Below, piece after piece: positions 35,898 through 49,169 of a DNA stretch of 64,000 nucleotides. Source of the stretch: Escherichia coli (GTDB taxonomy: Bacteria; Pseudomonadota; Gammaproteobacteria; Enterobacterales; Enterobacteriaceae); assembly GCF_050920415.1 (NCBI RefSeq), contig NZ_CP169309.1. One strand, written 5' to 3'. The notes under the pieces were generated by a model. That model was not told where the DNA came from, searched no databases, and saw only the letters and a list, made by a program, of their open reading frames with translations. How positions within the stretch are numbered: position 1 is the first letter of the stretch; each line of letters begins with the position of its first letter. The position numbers and the translations under genes are program-made.

Positions 35898-36470
35898 ATG
35901 AAAATCAGAGCGGTGAAAGGCATCAGAAACGCACATTATCTTGAAAATGGTGCGGTTGACTGCGAGGTGTTATTTGAAGGTGAAACGGAGTTCGCCCTGT
36001 ATACTGCCATACAGGATGATATGGCCCCGACAGGCCAGCATGTCTGGCAGGAGCTGCAAAGCGGGAAATGGGGCGAAATCGCCCCGTTCACCGTCACGCC
36101 GGAACTTATTGCAGCGGCAAAGGATGCCAAAAGGCGGGAAATTGAGGCATGGCGCGACAGTCAGGAAAACGTTGAGTTTATTTTCACGTTTGATGGCCGT
36201 CGTTTTGATGGCGGAAAAACCTCGCAGTCACGCCTTGCGCCCGTGGTTGCAACAGCGCAGGCCGGACTGCTTCCGGAGGGTTTTTTCTGGACTGATGCGG
36301 ATAATAACAACGTCGTACTGACCAGGGAGAAACTTATTGCGCTGAACGATGCCATGATGGTGGCCATGGTGGCGGAGGGCTTTAAAATCCACGAACGCCA
36401 GCGCGAGATGAAGGAACAACTGAATAATCTGAATGACTTGGCTTCAATTCGAGCGCTTGACGTTACGTAA
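35898..36470 (+). CDS. Tail fibre assembly/accessory protein
   Basis: Immediately follows stf. Start is either ATG 35883 (TAATG overlap) or ATG 35898 (GAGGAA SD). Confidence 0.55.
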   Translation: MKIRAVKGIRNAHYLENGAVDCEVLFEGETEFALYTAIQDDMAPTGQHVWQELQSGKWGEIAPFTVTPELIAAAKDAKRREIEAWRDSQENVEFIFTFDGRRFDGGKTSQSRLAPVVATAQAGLLPEGFFWTDADNNNVVLTREKLIALNDAMMVAMVAEGFKIHERQREMKEQLNNLNDLASIRALDVT

Positions 36471-36550
36471 TAAAAATCACTGATATGCCAGCCCCTTGTA
36501 AAGATATTGATCAGGGTTGTTTTGATGTGAATTAGATTTACATGGGGTGC

Positions 36551-36611
36551 TTTGGGGCATGTATGGGACAGAAATGTCTGTTTTGGGACATTTTGGGGCA
36601 TGGTTGGGACA
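36551..36611. repeat. Direct repeats near attR (possible Int arm-type sites)
   Basis: TTGGGGCATG occurs twice (36552, 36593). TGGGACA occurs three times (36564, 36584, 36605). Confidence 0.35.
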
Positions 36612-36731
36612 CTATAACACATACGAACTTAACCGAATTTCGTATGGTGTTAATTTTTAACGTGTTGAATACACTAGAGAAAGCGAATGCTCTTGGGCGT
36701 TCTTTAGTGATTTTTAAAATAGTCCTGTCAT

Positions 36732-36824
36732 GCAGTTAAAGTGGCGGGCATACTCTTCAAGGCTGGTGATCCCCAACCGCACCCATTTAGGATGCGACCA
36801 TTGTGGCAGACCGATGTAAATCAT
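36732..36824 (-). pseudogene. yecE: yecE 5' fragment (first 31 codons), truncated by prophage insertion
   Basis: [31 protein letters not shown] matches the YecE N-terminus (from memory). The frame then continues MTGLF-stop in phage DNA. The ATG overlaps the yecD stop (ATGA). Confidence 0.75.
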
Positions 36825-37387
36825 AATGCGTTGAGGATCTCTTCCACACTGCGCACACGGGCGATGCGTGGGTAGATATGGTTGATGCTGTTATTATGCT
36901 GCTCAGCGCTGGCGGCGCTGCAGGCGTCTTCGGCAATCACCAGATTAAAACCAAGTTCCCAGGCATTGCGGGCGGTGGATTCAACACCGATATTGGTCGA
37001 GATCCCACATAATACTATTGTATCGATACCCCGGCGGCGTAATTGCAACTCCAGATCCGTACCGTAAAACGCACCCCATTGACGTTTGATGATTTCAATA
37101 TCGCTGTCTGTTGCACCCAATGCAGCAGGATGTTGCCACCAATTTTCGGGCAACACTTTAGCGGGGGAGGGGGCATCAACCGGCTGTTTTAATGCTTCGG
37201 CGTAATCGGTAGACCAACCAACGCGCACCAGAAACACGGGCTGACCGTTCGCGCGAAATTTCGCCGCCAGCTTCCCTGCTCGATTAACCACCTCATCGGC
37301 AGTATGAGGACCACCGGCAAAAGGTAAGATGCCTTCTTGTAAGTCAATTACCACCAGCGCAGTGGTATTAGCATTCAGTTCAAGCAT
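36821..37387 (-). CDS. yecD: Isochorismatase-family hydrolase YecD
   Basis: 188 aa. Sequence and the aspS neighbourhood are as in E. coli K-12. Confidence 0.9.
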   Translation of the reverse strand: MLELNANTTALVVIDLQEGILPFAGGPHTADEVVNRAGKLAAKFRANGQPVFLVRVGWSTDYAEALKQPVDAPSPAKVLPENWWQHPAALGATDSDIEIIKRQWGAFYGTDLELQLRRRGIDTIVLCGISTNIGVESTARNAWELGFNLVIAEDACSAASAEQHNNSINHIYPRIARVRSVEEILNAL

Positions 37388-37696
37388 ATTGTCTCCTGAT
37401 AAAACAAAATCGTGCCTCTCACCTTAATGCGATTAGCCGATGGCGGAACGACAATTTTTGTTAATTTTTATGAGTTCGGGCAACACCTTTATAGCAAACT
37501 GGCGTAGAGTCTGATTTCAGGCCCGATATAAAGTGGTAACGAGGCGTTCCAGCGCGGGCCAGGCTCTTACGGTGCGGCAGAATTTCCAGTATAATAGCCG
37601 CCTTTTTTCATTCAGTTGTGACATACAGCTAACGCTGCGACTTGGTCACCTGCGCAGCAGGGGGCATCCGCCGGCAGCTAAGTTAAGGGATATCTC

Positions 37697-39469
37697 ATGC
37701 GTACAGAATATTGTGGACAGCTCCGTTTGTCCCACGTGGGGCAGCAGGTGACTCTGTGTGGTTGGGTCAACCGTCGTCGTGATCTTGGTAGCCTGATCTT
37801 CATCGATATGCGCGACCGCGAAGGTATCGTGCAGGTATTTTTCGATCCGGATCGTGCGGACGCGTTAAAGCTGGCCTCTGAACTGCGTAATGAGTTCTGC
37901 ATTCAGGTCACGGGCACCGTACGTGCGCGTGACGAAAAAAATATCAACCGCGATATGGCGACCGGCGAAATCGAAGTGCTGGCCTCCTCGCTGACCATCA
38001 TCAACCGCGCAGACGTTCTGCCGCTTGACTCTAACCACGTCAACACCGAAGAAGCGCGTCTGAAATACCGCTACCTCGACCTGCGTCGCCCGGAAATGGC
38101 TCAGCGCCTGAAAACCCGCGCTAAAATCACCAGCCTGGTGCGCCGTTTTATGGATGACCACGGCTTCCTTGACATCGAAACTCCGATGCTGACCAAAGCC
38201 ACGCCGGAAGGCGCACGTGACTACCTGGTGCCTTCTCGTGTGCACAAAGGGAAATTCTACGCACTGCCGCAGTCTCCGCAGCTGTTCAAACAGCTGCTGA
38301 TGATGTCCGGTTTTGACCGCTACTATCAGATTGTAAAATGCTTCCGTGACGAAGACCTGCGTGCTGATCGTCAGCCTGAATTCACCCAGATCGATGTGGA
38401 AACCTCTTTCATGACCGCGCCGCAAGTGCGTGAAGTGATGGAAGCGCTGGTACGCCATTTGTGGCTGGAAGTGAAGGGCGTGGATCTCGGTGATTTCCCT
38501 GTAATGACCTTTGCGGAAGCAGAACGCCGTTATGGTTCTGATAAACCGGATCTGCGTAACCCGATGGAACTGACTGACGTTGCCGATCTGCTGAAATCCG
38601 TTGAGTTCGCGGTATTCGCAGGTCCGGCGAACGATCCGAAAGGCCGCGTTGCTGCTCTGCGTGTTCCGGGTGGCGCATCGCTGACCCGTAAGCAGATCGA
38701 CGAATACGGTAACTTCGTTAAAATCTACGGCGCGAAAGGTCTGGCGTACATCAAAGTTAACGAACGTGCGAAAGGTCTGGAAGGTATCAACAGCCCGGTA
38801 GCGAAGTTCCTCAACGCTGAAATCATCGAAGCCATCCTGGATCGTACTGCCGCGCAAGATGGCGATATGATTTTCTTCGGTGCTGATAACAAGAAAATTG
38901 TTGCCGACGCGATGGGCGCATTGCGTCTGAAAGTGGGTAAAGACCTTGGTCTGACCGACGAAAGCAAATGGGCACCGCTATGGGTTATCGACTTCCCGAT
39001 GTTTGAAGACGACGGTGAAGGCGGCCTGACGGCAATGCACCATCCGTTCACCTCACCGAAAGATATGACGGCGGCAGAGTTGAAAGCTGCACCGGAAAAT
39101 GCGGTGGCGAACGCTTACGATATGGTCATCAATGGTTACGAAGTGGGCGGTGGTTCTGTGCGTATCCATAATGGGGATATGCAGCAGACGGTGTTTGGTA
39201 TTCTGGGGATCAACGAAGAGGAACAGCGCGAGAAATTCGGCTTCCTGCTCGACGCCCTGAAATACGGTACTCCGCCGCACGCAGGTCTGGCATTCGGTCT
39301 TGACCGTCTGACCATGCTGCTGACCGGTACCGACAACATCCGTGACGTTATCGCCTTCCCGAAAACCACGGCGGCAGCGTGTCTGATGACCGAAGCGCCA
39401 AGCTTTGCTAACCCGACTGCTCTGTCCGAGCTGAGCATTCAGGTTGTGAAGAAGGCAGAGAATAATTGA
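37697..39469 (+). CDS. aspS: Aspartate--tRNA ligase
   Basis: 590 aa: [31 protein letters not shown]... Class II aaRS motifs are present. Confidence 0.97.
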   Translation: MRTEYCGQLRLSHVGQQVTLCGWVNRRRDLGSLIFIDMRDREGIVQVFFDPDRADALKLASELRNEFCIQVTGTVRARDEKNINRDMATGEIEVLASSLTIINRADVLPLDSNHVNTEEARLKYRYLDLRRPEMAQRLKTRAKITSLVRRFMDDHGFLDIETPMLTKATPEGARDYLVPSRVHKGKFYALPQSPQLFKQLLMMSGFDRYYQIVKCFRDEDLRADRQPEFTQIDVETSFMTAPQVREVMEALVRHLWLEVKGVDLGDFPVMTFAEAERRYGSDKPDLRNPMELTDVADLLKSVEFAVFAGPANDPKGRVAALRVPGGASLTRKQIDEYGNFVKIYGAKGLAYIKVNERAKGLEGINSPVAKFLNAEIIEAILDRTAAQDGDMIFFGADNKKIVADAMGALRLKVGKDLGLTDESKWAPLWVIDFPMFEDDGEGGLTAMHHPFTSPKDMTAAELKAAPENAVANAYDMVINGYEVGGGSVRIHNGDMQQTVFGILGINEEEQREKFGFLLDALKYGTPPHAGLAFGLDRLTMLLTGTDNIRDVIAFPKTTAAACLMTEAPSFANPTALSELSIQVVKKAENN

Positions 39470-39470
39470 T

Positions 39471-39914
39471 ATGACTTATAAGCGTCCCGTTTCTATTCTG
39501 GTGGTTATTTATGCGCAAGATACGAAACGGGTGCTGATGTTACAGCGGCGTGATGATCCCGATTTCTGGCAGTCAGTAACCGGCAGTGTGGAAGAGGGGG
39601 AAACCGCGCCGCAAGCCGCCATGCGCGAAGTAAAGGAAGAGGTCACCATTGATGTTGTCGCTGAACAACTGACCTTAATTGACTGTCAGCGCACGGTGGA
39701 GTTTGAAATTTTTTCACATTTACGTCATCGCTATGCGCCGGGCGTAACGCGTAATACGGAATCTTGGTTCTGTCTTGCACTCCCGCACGAGCGCCAGATC
39801 GTTTTCACTGAACATCTGGCCTACAAGTGGCTTGATGCGCATGCTGCGGCGGCGCTCACAAAGTCATGGAGCAACCGGCAGGCGATTGAACAGTTTGTAA
39901 TTAACGCTGCCTGA
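39471..39914 (+). CDS. nudB: Dihydroneopterin triphosphate diphosphatase (Nudix)
   Basis: Nudix box [21 protein letters not shown]. Position is after aspS. Confidence 0.9.
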
Positions 39915-39942
39915 ACAGGCAGGGCTATCTGGAGATATTTTT

Positions 39943-40683
39943 ATGGCAGGTCATAGTAAATGGGCCAACACCAGACATCGTAAAGCTGCGCAGGATGCTA
40001 AGCGCGGTAAAATCTTCACTAAAATCATTCGTGAGCTGGTAACCGCGGCTAAGTTGGGCGGTGGCGATCCGGATGCTAACCCGCGTCTGCGAGCAGCTAT
40101 TGATAAAGCACTGTCTAACAACATGACCCGAGACACCCTGAACCGCGCAATTGCCCGTGGTGTGGGTGGTGATGATGATGCAAACATGGAAACCATCATC
40201 TACGAAGGTTACGGTCCTGGCGGCACGGCAATCATGATTGAATGTCTGTCTGATAACCGCAACCGTACCGTTGCTGAAGTGCGTCACGCATTCAGCAAAT
40301 GTGGCGGTAACCTCGGTACTGATGGTTCCGTAGCCTATCTGTTCAGCAAAAAAGGCGTGATCTCCTTTGAGAAAGGCGATGAAGACACCATCATGGAAGC
40401 AGCTCTGGAAGCTGGTGCTGAAGATGTTGTGACCTATGATGATGGCGCGATTGACGTCTACACTGCATGGGAGGAAATGGGCAAAGTACGCGACGCTCTG
40501 GAAGCTGCAGGTCTGAAAGCAGACAGCGCGGAAGTTTCCATGATCCCGTCCACCAAAGCTGATATGGATGCAGAAACCGCACCGAAACTGATGCGTCTGA
40601 TCGATATGCTGGAAGATTGCGACGACGTGCAGGAAGTCTACCATAACGGTGAAATCTCTGATGAGGTTGCAGCGACTCTCTGA
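39943..40683 (+). CDS. yebC: YebC/PmpR-family transcriptional regulator
   Basis: [27 protein letters not shown]..., 246 aa. Confidence 0.95.
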
Positions 40684-40717
40684 TGAGGCCTGCTAAACAG
40701 CAAAACGGAGACGCGTG

Positions 40718-41239
40718 ATGGCTATTATTCTCGGCATTGACCCGGGTTCGCGCGTGACCGGCTATGGCGTCATCCGCCAGGTGGGCAGGCAGCTGTCCTA
40801 CCTGGGTAGCGGATGTATACGCACCAAAGTAGATGATTTACCGTCTCGTCTTAAGCTCATCTATGCGGGCGTGACGGAAATCATCACCCAGTTCCAGCCT
40901 GATTATTTCGCCATTGAACAAGTCTTTATGGCTAAAAATGCCGACTCGGCCCTGAAGCTGGGGCAGGCGCGTGGCGTCGCGATTGTGGCGGCGGTGAATC
41001 AGGAATTACCGGTATTTGAATACGCGGCACGTCAGGTAAAGCAAACGGTGGTAGGTATTGGTAGTGCCGAAAAAAGCCAGGTGCAGCATATGGTTCGCAC
41101 CTTGCTGAAACTCCCCGCTAATCCGCAGGCGGATGCCGCTGATGCGCTGGCAATTGCCATCACCCACTGCCACGTTAGTCAGAATGCGATGCAGATGAGC
41201 GAATCGCGGCTGAACCTGGCGAGAGGGCGACTGCGTTAA
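40718..41239 (+). CDS. ruvC: Holliday junction resolvase RuvC
   Basis: [19 protein letters not shown]..., 173 aa. Confidence 0.95.
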
Positions 41240-41240
41240 G

Positions 41241-41843
41241 TTATACCGCCTCGGTCAATTCAGGCTGAGGCGTTTCTACTCCCTCCGCATGAATCAACAC
41301 CAAACCCGGATGATGCCACAAACTGGCTGGTGTTACGGTTTTACGCTCCCACGGAATCGAACCTAAAAACCAGAATTTCCAGAAAGTGAGTTTTGCGTTC
41401 GGATTGCTATTTAGCAGTTCTCCAAACGTCTCTATTTCACCCACCGGAATACATAACGCCTCTTTATAAATATCAAAAACGAATTTTGAGCAGAACTGGC
41501 GGGAAGATTCGTATTTAAAGCCGGTGTGGTAGAGCTTATGCAACCGTCCGGGGACCTTTTCGACCAGAGCAAGTTTTTGCTCTGCGGTTAAACCTCCTGC
41601 GAGGCGGCGAACACCGTAGCGTTGATCGGTCGACCGTTCAATAAATCGTGACAAAGTTGTGATTGTGGAGAGCGGAACTCGACTCTCCGCAACCAGGTAA
41701 TCATCACCGTCATGTCCGATGATTATCCCCACATGGTTGCTCCAGCATTTCGAGGCTGCAGAGATTTGCCCAAACAGGCGAGCACCGATGCAGGTAAAAA
41801 CAATATCACCGGTTTCATATTTAACTGGGTAATTTATTTTCAC
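41241..41843 (-). CDS. yebB: YebB (NlpC/P60-like, DUF830)
   Basis: 200 aa. Sits between ruvC and ruvA as in K-12. Confidence 0.85.
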   Translation of the reverse strand: MKINYPVKYETGDIVFTCIGARLFGQISAASKCWSNHVGIIIGHDGDDYLVAESRVPLSTITTLSRFIERSTDQRYGVRRLAGGLTAEQKLALVEKVPGRLHKLYHTGFKYESSRQFCSKFVFDIYKEALCIPVGEIETFGELLNSNPNAKLTFWKFWFLGSIPWERKTVTPASLWHHPGLVLIHAEGVETPQPELTEAV

Positions 41844-41936
41844 TATATCAATCCATTATTTATATATAAAACAGCATCTATCTTTCGTGATGGTAAAGCA
41901 TTAGCATTGTATTGTAATCATGACAAGGAATGTTTT

Positions 41937-42575
41937 ATGCGGTTATTTATTAATGTGATAATTATAGTTTCGATCAGTCAATGCGTGAATGTATTTGCTC
42001 AAGATAATGTCATTCGCTATCCCTGGCGATATGGACGTATTTCTTTAAATGAGAATAATGAGTTTGTGCCTCAAATTATTCATATGCGTGATGATATCTA
42101 CGGCGTGGGTGAAGCTGGTGCAAGCCTTAACGATGCGAGAATGGCGCAAAGTGGTGTCACCGTGAGGCTTAGCGTTATACAGCAGGGGCAGGTGGTGAAT
42201 GCTTTACTGGATTTCTACAATAGCAATAATCAACCTGCTTATATATTTGAAGGTGGTTTGATGCCTTGCAATAAAGCCTTTGACATCACAACAAGCAACA
42301 TTGTCCTTGATGGGATGTGTGGAATTTATGATGGGGTCGATGGCTGGCAAGTTATTCCTGCGGGTGAGCATTATAAAGAATCGTTTTCACTCACTCAGGC
42401 TTTTGAATTCTTGCCGGGAAAACATCATTATAAAATTAATGCCGGAAGTTTTATCATCAGAGTCGGGGATGATATTTTTGCAAGAGAAGATGCCGAAAGC
42501 ATTCTTTTTGATTTGATTAACTGGCGATATGGCTATGTGCAAAAAGTTATGAAAGGGTGTCGAAGGGGGATTTGA
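41937..42575 (+). CDS. Hypothetical secreted protein (212 aa), islet gene 1
   Basis: ATG at 41937. Signal peptide MRLFINVIIIVSISQCVNVFA. AT-rich. The longer track ORF (from 41712) would overlap yebB. Confidence 0.6.
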   Translation: MRLFINVIIIVSISQCVNVFAQDNVIRYPWRYGRISLNENNEFVPQIIHMRDDIYGVGEAGASLNDARMAQSGVTVRLSVIQQGQVVNALLDFYNSNNQPAYIFEGGLMPCNKAFDITTSNIVLDGMCGIYDGVDGWQVIPAGEHYKESFSLTQAFEFLPGKHHYKINAGSFIIRVGDDIFAREDAESILFDLINWRYGYVQKVMKGCRRGI

Positions 42576-42760
42576 TGGCAGGATATTATGCTCTGTATGA
42601 ATACTCAGGCGCTGACATAATTGATGAGTATGATATTTACTCAAACCAGGTCTCGATTGATCTTAATGGTGACGAGTTAGCGCATACGGAGTCATATCAG
42701 TGGCGTATTGATAGTGGAATGATCCCGCAAAAATTCAGCGTTCAGGGACTCGCTGAATGA
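42575..42760 (+). CDS. Hypothetical small acidic protein (61 aa), islet gene 2
   Basis: GGGGGA SD. Its ATG overlaps the gene 1 stop (TGATG), suggesting translational coupling. Confidence 0.45.
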   Translation: MAGYYALYEYSGADIIDEYDIYSNQVSIDLNGDELAHTESYQWRIDSGMIPQKFSVQGLAE

Positions 42761-42797
42761 TTAGTCCTCTACCTGCTTGCCAGATACAGAGGCGCGG

Positions 42798-43382
42798 ATG
42801 AATTTATCAAGCGTATTCAATCAGCTTTTAATCTCATTTGCTCTTGCCGGGACGTTGATATTAAGCATCTATCTCATGGAAGCTCACTACCCACGTTTCA
42901 GGAAGCCAATTGCGCTCTTTTACTTCTTTTTAGCGATTTATACCAGTTATGCTGCCGTTCAGGAGTATGAGTACCACCGCAATAGCTTGACTACGCTCGC
43001 AAAAGTTTCTTCGATTCGTTATACCAGTAATTTTAAGCGTAGCGCCTCGCACTCCTGCAATTTACTGCGGGGAGGAAGGATTGATTGCTCGGGGCTGTAT
43101 GCCTATGACCTGACCTGGCAGATTGACGGTAAGACATGGAATTTGCATGTTGAGGACAAGCGTATAAAACCAGGAATCACCATGTGCGTGAAGGTTGTAA
43201 AAGATCGCCCCGCCATCGGGAAACCCTGTGAAAACGTGTTTTTCAATATCAGCCCTTTGCCGATTCTGATAGCTATATGGGCAATAAGCGCATTTATATT
43301 TGCGGTCTTACTCCTTCACCAACTAAAAAAATGCCGCGAATGGAAGCACGCCAGCAAGGAACGTGGAAAAATTGGCCATTAG
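42798..43382 (+). CDS. Hypothetical inner-membrane protein (194 aa), islet gene 3
   Basis: Two N-terminal TM helices and one C-terminal TM helix flank a soluble domain (DUF3592-like topology). GAGG SD. Confidence 0.6.
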   Translation: MNLSSVFNQLLISFALAGTLILSIYLMEAHYPRFRKPIALFYFFLAIYTSYAAVQEYEYHRNSLTTLAKVSSIRYTSNFKRSASHSCNLLRGGRIDCSGLYAYDLTWQIDGKTWNLHVEDKRIKPGITMCVKVVKDRPAIGKPCENVFFNISPLPILIAIWAISAFIFAVLLLHQLKKCREWKHASKERGKIGH

Positions 43383-43482
43383 AAGTCAAAGAAAGAGTGC
43401 GATGTAAGGTGATTCATAGAAAATTTCAGATACCGTGAGCCAAAGGATTATCAGTTCTGAAATGATTTAATATCATCCCTCG

Positions 43483-43498
43483 CTGGATATCTATCCAG
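43483..43498. promoter_or_regulatory. LexA (SOS) box of ruvAB
   Basis: CTGGATATCTATCCAG fits CTG-N10-CAG. It lies 52 nt upstream of ruvA. Confidence 0.8.
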
Positions 43499-43549
43499 CA
43501 TTTTTTTATCATACAGCATTATCTTTGATTCATTACGCAGGAGCGTCAT

Positions 43550-44161
43550 GTGATAGGCAGACTCAGAGGCATCATCATTGAAAAACAACCCCCGCTGGTA
43601 TTAATTGAAGTGGGCGGCGTAGGCTATGAAGTGCATATGCCGATGACCTGTTTTTATGAACTCCCTGAAGCGGGTCAGGAAGCGATCGTTTTCACCCACT
43701 TTGTGGTGCGTGAAGACGCGCAACTGCTGTACGGTTTTAACAATAAACAAGAGCGCACGTTGTTCAAAGAGTTGATCAAAACCAACGGCGTTGGGCCTAA
43801 ACTGGCATTGGCAATCCTCTCCGGAATGTCAGCGCAGCAGTTCGTTAATGCCGTTGAGCGTGAAGAAGTCGGGGCTCTGGTGAAACTGCCGGGTATTGGC
43901 AAAAAAACCGCCGAACGCTTGATTGTCGAAATGAAAGACCGATTTAAAGGTTTACATGGCGATCTCTTTACGCCAGCTGCCGACCTGGTACTCACGTCAC
44001 CTGCCAGCCCGGCGACCGACGATGCTGAACAGGAAGCGGTTGCCGCGTTGGTGGCGCTGGGCTATAAACCACAAGAAGCAAGCCGGATGGTGAGCAAAAT
44101 CGCTCGCCCTGACGCCAGCAGTGAAACATTAATTCGTGAAGCCCTGCGCGCCGCGTTATGA
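43550..44161 (+). CDS. ruvA: Holliday junction branch migration complex subunit RuvA
   Basis: GTG start. [27 protein letters not shown]..., 203 aa. Confidence 0.95.
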   Translation: MIGRLRGIIIEKQPPLVLIEVGGVGYEVHMPMTCFYELPEAGQEAIVFTHFVVREDAQLLYGFNNKQERTLFKELIKTNGVGPKLALAILSGMSAQQFVNAVEREEVGALVKLPGIGKKTAERLIVEMKDRFKGLHGDLFTPAADLVLTSPASPATDDAEQEAVAALVALGYKPQEASRMVSKIARPDASSETLIREALRAAL

Positions 44162-44166
44162 GGTAA

Positions 44167-45180
<1,014 letters not shown>

Positions 45181-45221
45181 GTTGAATAAGGCATTCAAGC
45201 CGCTTCCGACATTGGCGATAA

Positions 45222-47387
<2,166 letters not shown>

Positions 47388-47391
<4 letters not shown>

Positions 47392-48143
47392 GAGCGATCA
47401 TTTCCCCGACGCAAAACAATTCGTCCCTGTAAATCGTGACGATGATTATGATGATGGCGATAGATACCCAGTTGTTCAGCACCACGAGGACCAAACATAG
47501 AAATAAACTCCGGATGCAGGGAAACAACTTCCGGTGTGCCGGAACAACAAATGTGGTGATTCAGGCAAAGCACTTCATCGGTTTTTGCCATTACCAAATG
47601 CAGATCGTGAGACACCATTAAAACGCCACAATCCAGTTCGCGACGCAGTTGGTCAATAAGGTCATACAGCGCTACCTGACCATTTACATCCACGCCCTGA
47701 GTGGGTTCATCCAGCACTAATAATTGCGGTCGATTTAACAATGCTCGTGCTAACAGTACACGCTGCGTTTCGCCACCAGAGAGCTTTTGCATCGGTGCGT
47801 TAATAAGATGCCCGGCCTGGACACGTTTCAGTGCAGGCAAAATATCTTCTTTATGTGTTCCAGGGCGTAAGCGTAAAAAACGGTTTACGGTCAGTGGCAA
47901 AGTGGTGTCGAGATACAGCTTCTGCGGTACATAGCCGATGCGCAGTTTTCCGTTGCGCTTGATAACCCCTTCATCGGGTGTTACCAGCCCGAGCACTACC
48001 CGTACCAGTGTCGACTTACCTGCGCCATTTGGCCCAAGTAAAGTCAAAATTTTTCCAGGTTTAAGTTCCAGCGACACATCAGAGAGGACGCGGCGTTGGC
48101 CAAAAGAAACCGAGACATTTTCCAGGGAAACCAGACTTGTCAT
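47388..48143 (-). CDS. znuC: Zinc ABC transporter ATP-binding protein
   Basis: Walker [10 protein letters not shown], signature LSGGE, Walker B LLVLDEP. Confidence 0.95.
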
Positions 48144-48169
48144 GTTAATTTTAGTCTTGCAGTAGTCAT

Positions 48170-48192
48170 GAAATGTTATAATATCACACTTC
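48170..48192. promoter_or_regulatory. Zur box in the znuA/znuCB divergent promoter region
   Basis: GAAATGTTATAATATCACACTTC resembles the Zur palindrome GAAATGTTATAnTATAACATTTC. Confidence 0.65.
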
Positions 48193-48221
48193 TCATATTC
48201 ATTACGATGATTGGTCGCATT

Positions 48222-49154
48222 ATGTTACATAAAAAAACGCTTCTTTTCGCAGCATTATCTGCCGCTCTCTGGGGCGGTGCAACTCAGGCCGCAGATGCCG
48301 CCGTTGTCGCTTCGCTTAAACCCATTGGGTTCATCGCATCTGCCATTGCTGCTGGGGTAACAGAAACGGAGGTTTTACTTCCTGACGGCGCTTCAGAACA
48401 TGATTATTCACTGCGTCCATCAGATGTAAAACGCTTACAGAACGCGGACTTAGTTGTTTGGGTTGGCCCGGAGATGGAAGCGTTCATGCAAAAACCGGTA
48501 AGTAAATTACCTGAAGCCAAACAGGTAACGATTGCGCAGCTAGAGAATGTGAAACCGCTGCTGATGAAAAGTATTCACGGAGATGATGATGATCACGACC
48601 ACGCAGAAAAAAGTGACGAAGATCACCATCACGGCGATTTCAACATGCATCTTTGGCTTTCCCCAGAGATAGCGCGGGCTACAGCGGTTGCAATCCATGG
48701 AAAATTAGTGGAACTTATGCCGCAAAGTCGAGCCAAACTTGACGCCAACCTGAAGGATTTTGAGGCACAATTAGCCTCAACCGAAAAGCAGGTTGGTAAC
48801 GAGCTCGCGCCGCTCAAGGGGAAAGGTTATTTCGTTTTTCACGATGCTTACGGCTATTTCGAAAAACAGTTCGGACTGACACCGCTTGGTCATTTTACCG
48901 TTAACCCTGAGATTCAACCTGGCGCGCAGCGTTTACATGAAATAAGAACACAGTTGGTTGAGCAAAAAGCAACCTGCGTTTTTGCTGAGCCACAGTTCAG
49001 GCCAGCGGTCGTTGAGAGCGTCGCACGAGGGACATCCGTTCGTATGGGAACGTTGGATCCCCTGGGGACGAATATCAAACTGGGTAAAACAAGCTATTCA
49101 GAATTCCTGAATCAATTAGCCAACCAGTATGCGAGCTGCCTGAAAGGAGATTAA
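48222..49154 (+). CDS. znuA: Periplasmic zinc-binding protein
   Basis: ATG at 48222 gives [23 protein letters not shown]. His/Asp-rich loop [21 protein letters not shown]. Confidence 0.95.
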
Positions 49155-49169
49155 TGAGGAAGTGATTAC

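Larger units (their letters stand above)
1..36731. mobile_element. Lambdoid prophage, partial (int/attL side lies beyond the left edge), inserted in yecE
   Basis: Continuous phage gene order: cI/cro, replication, Q, lysis, terminase, HK97-type head, lambda-type tail, lom, stf, tfa. The right junction falls where the yecE reading frame breaks, at about 36731/36732. Confidence 0.9.

Noticed and set aside
36542-36739. 65-aa plus-strand ORF between tfa and the yecE junction
   Set aside because: It spans the attR arm repeats and crosses the phage/host junction. No SD.
37865-38857. 330-aa minus-strand ORF inside aspS. Similar large antisense ORFs lie in yebC (39925..40644), ruvB (44674..45198), edd (56828..57301), yebE (61238..61879) and ptrB (62148..62795).
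   Set aside because: All lie antisense to confidently identified conserved host genes.
39471-39500. The nudB N-terminus (MTYKRPVS...) seems shorter than or different from the K-12 sequence I recall (MKDKVYKRPVS...)
   Set aside because: This rests only on memory of the K-12 sequence and cannot be verified here. It is probably natural allelic or start-site variation.
41712-41936. Long version of islet gene 1 starting at 41712
   Set aside because: It would overlap the 5' end of yebB on the opposite strand by 130 nt. The internal ATG at 41937 gives a canonical signal peptide.
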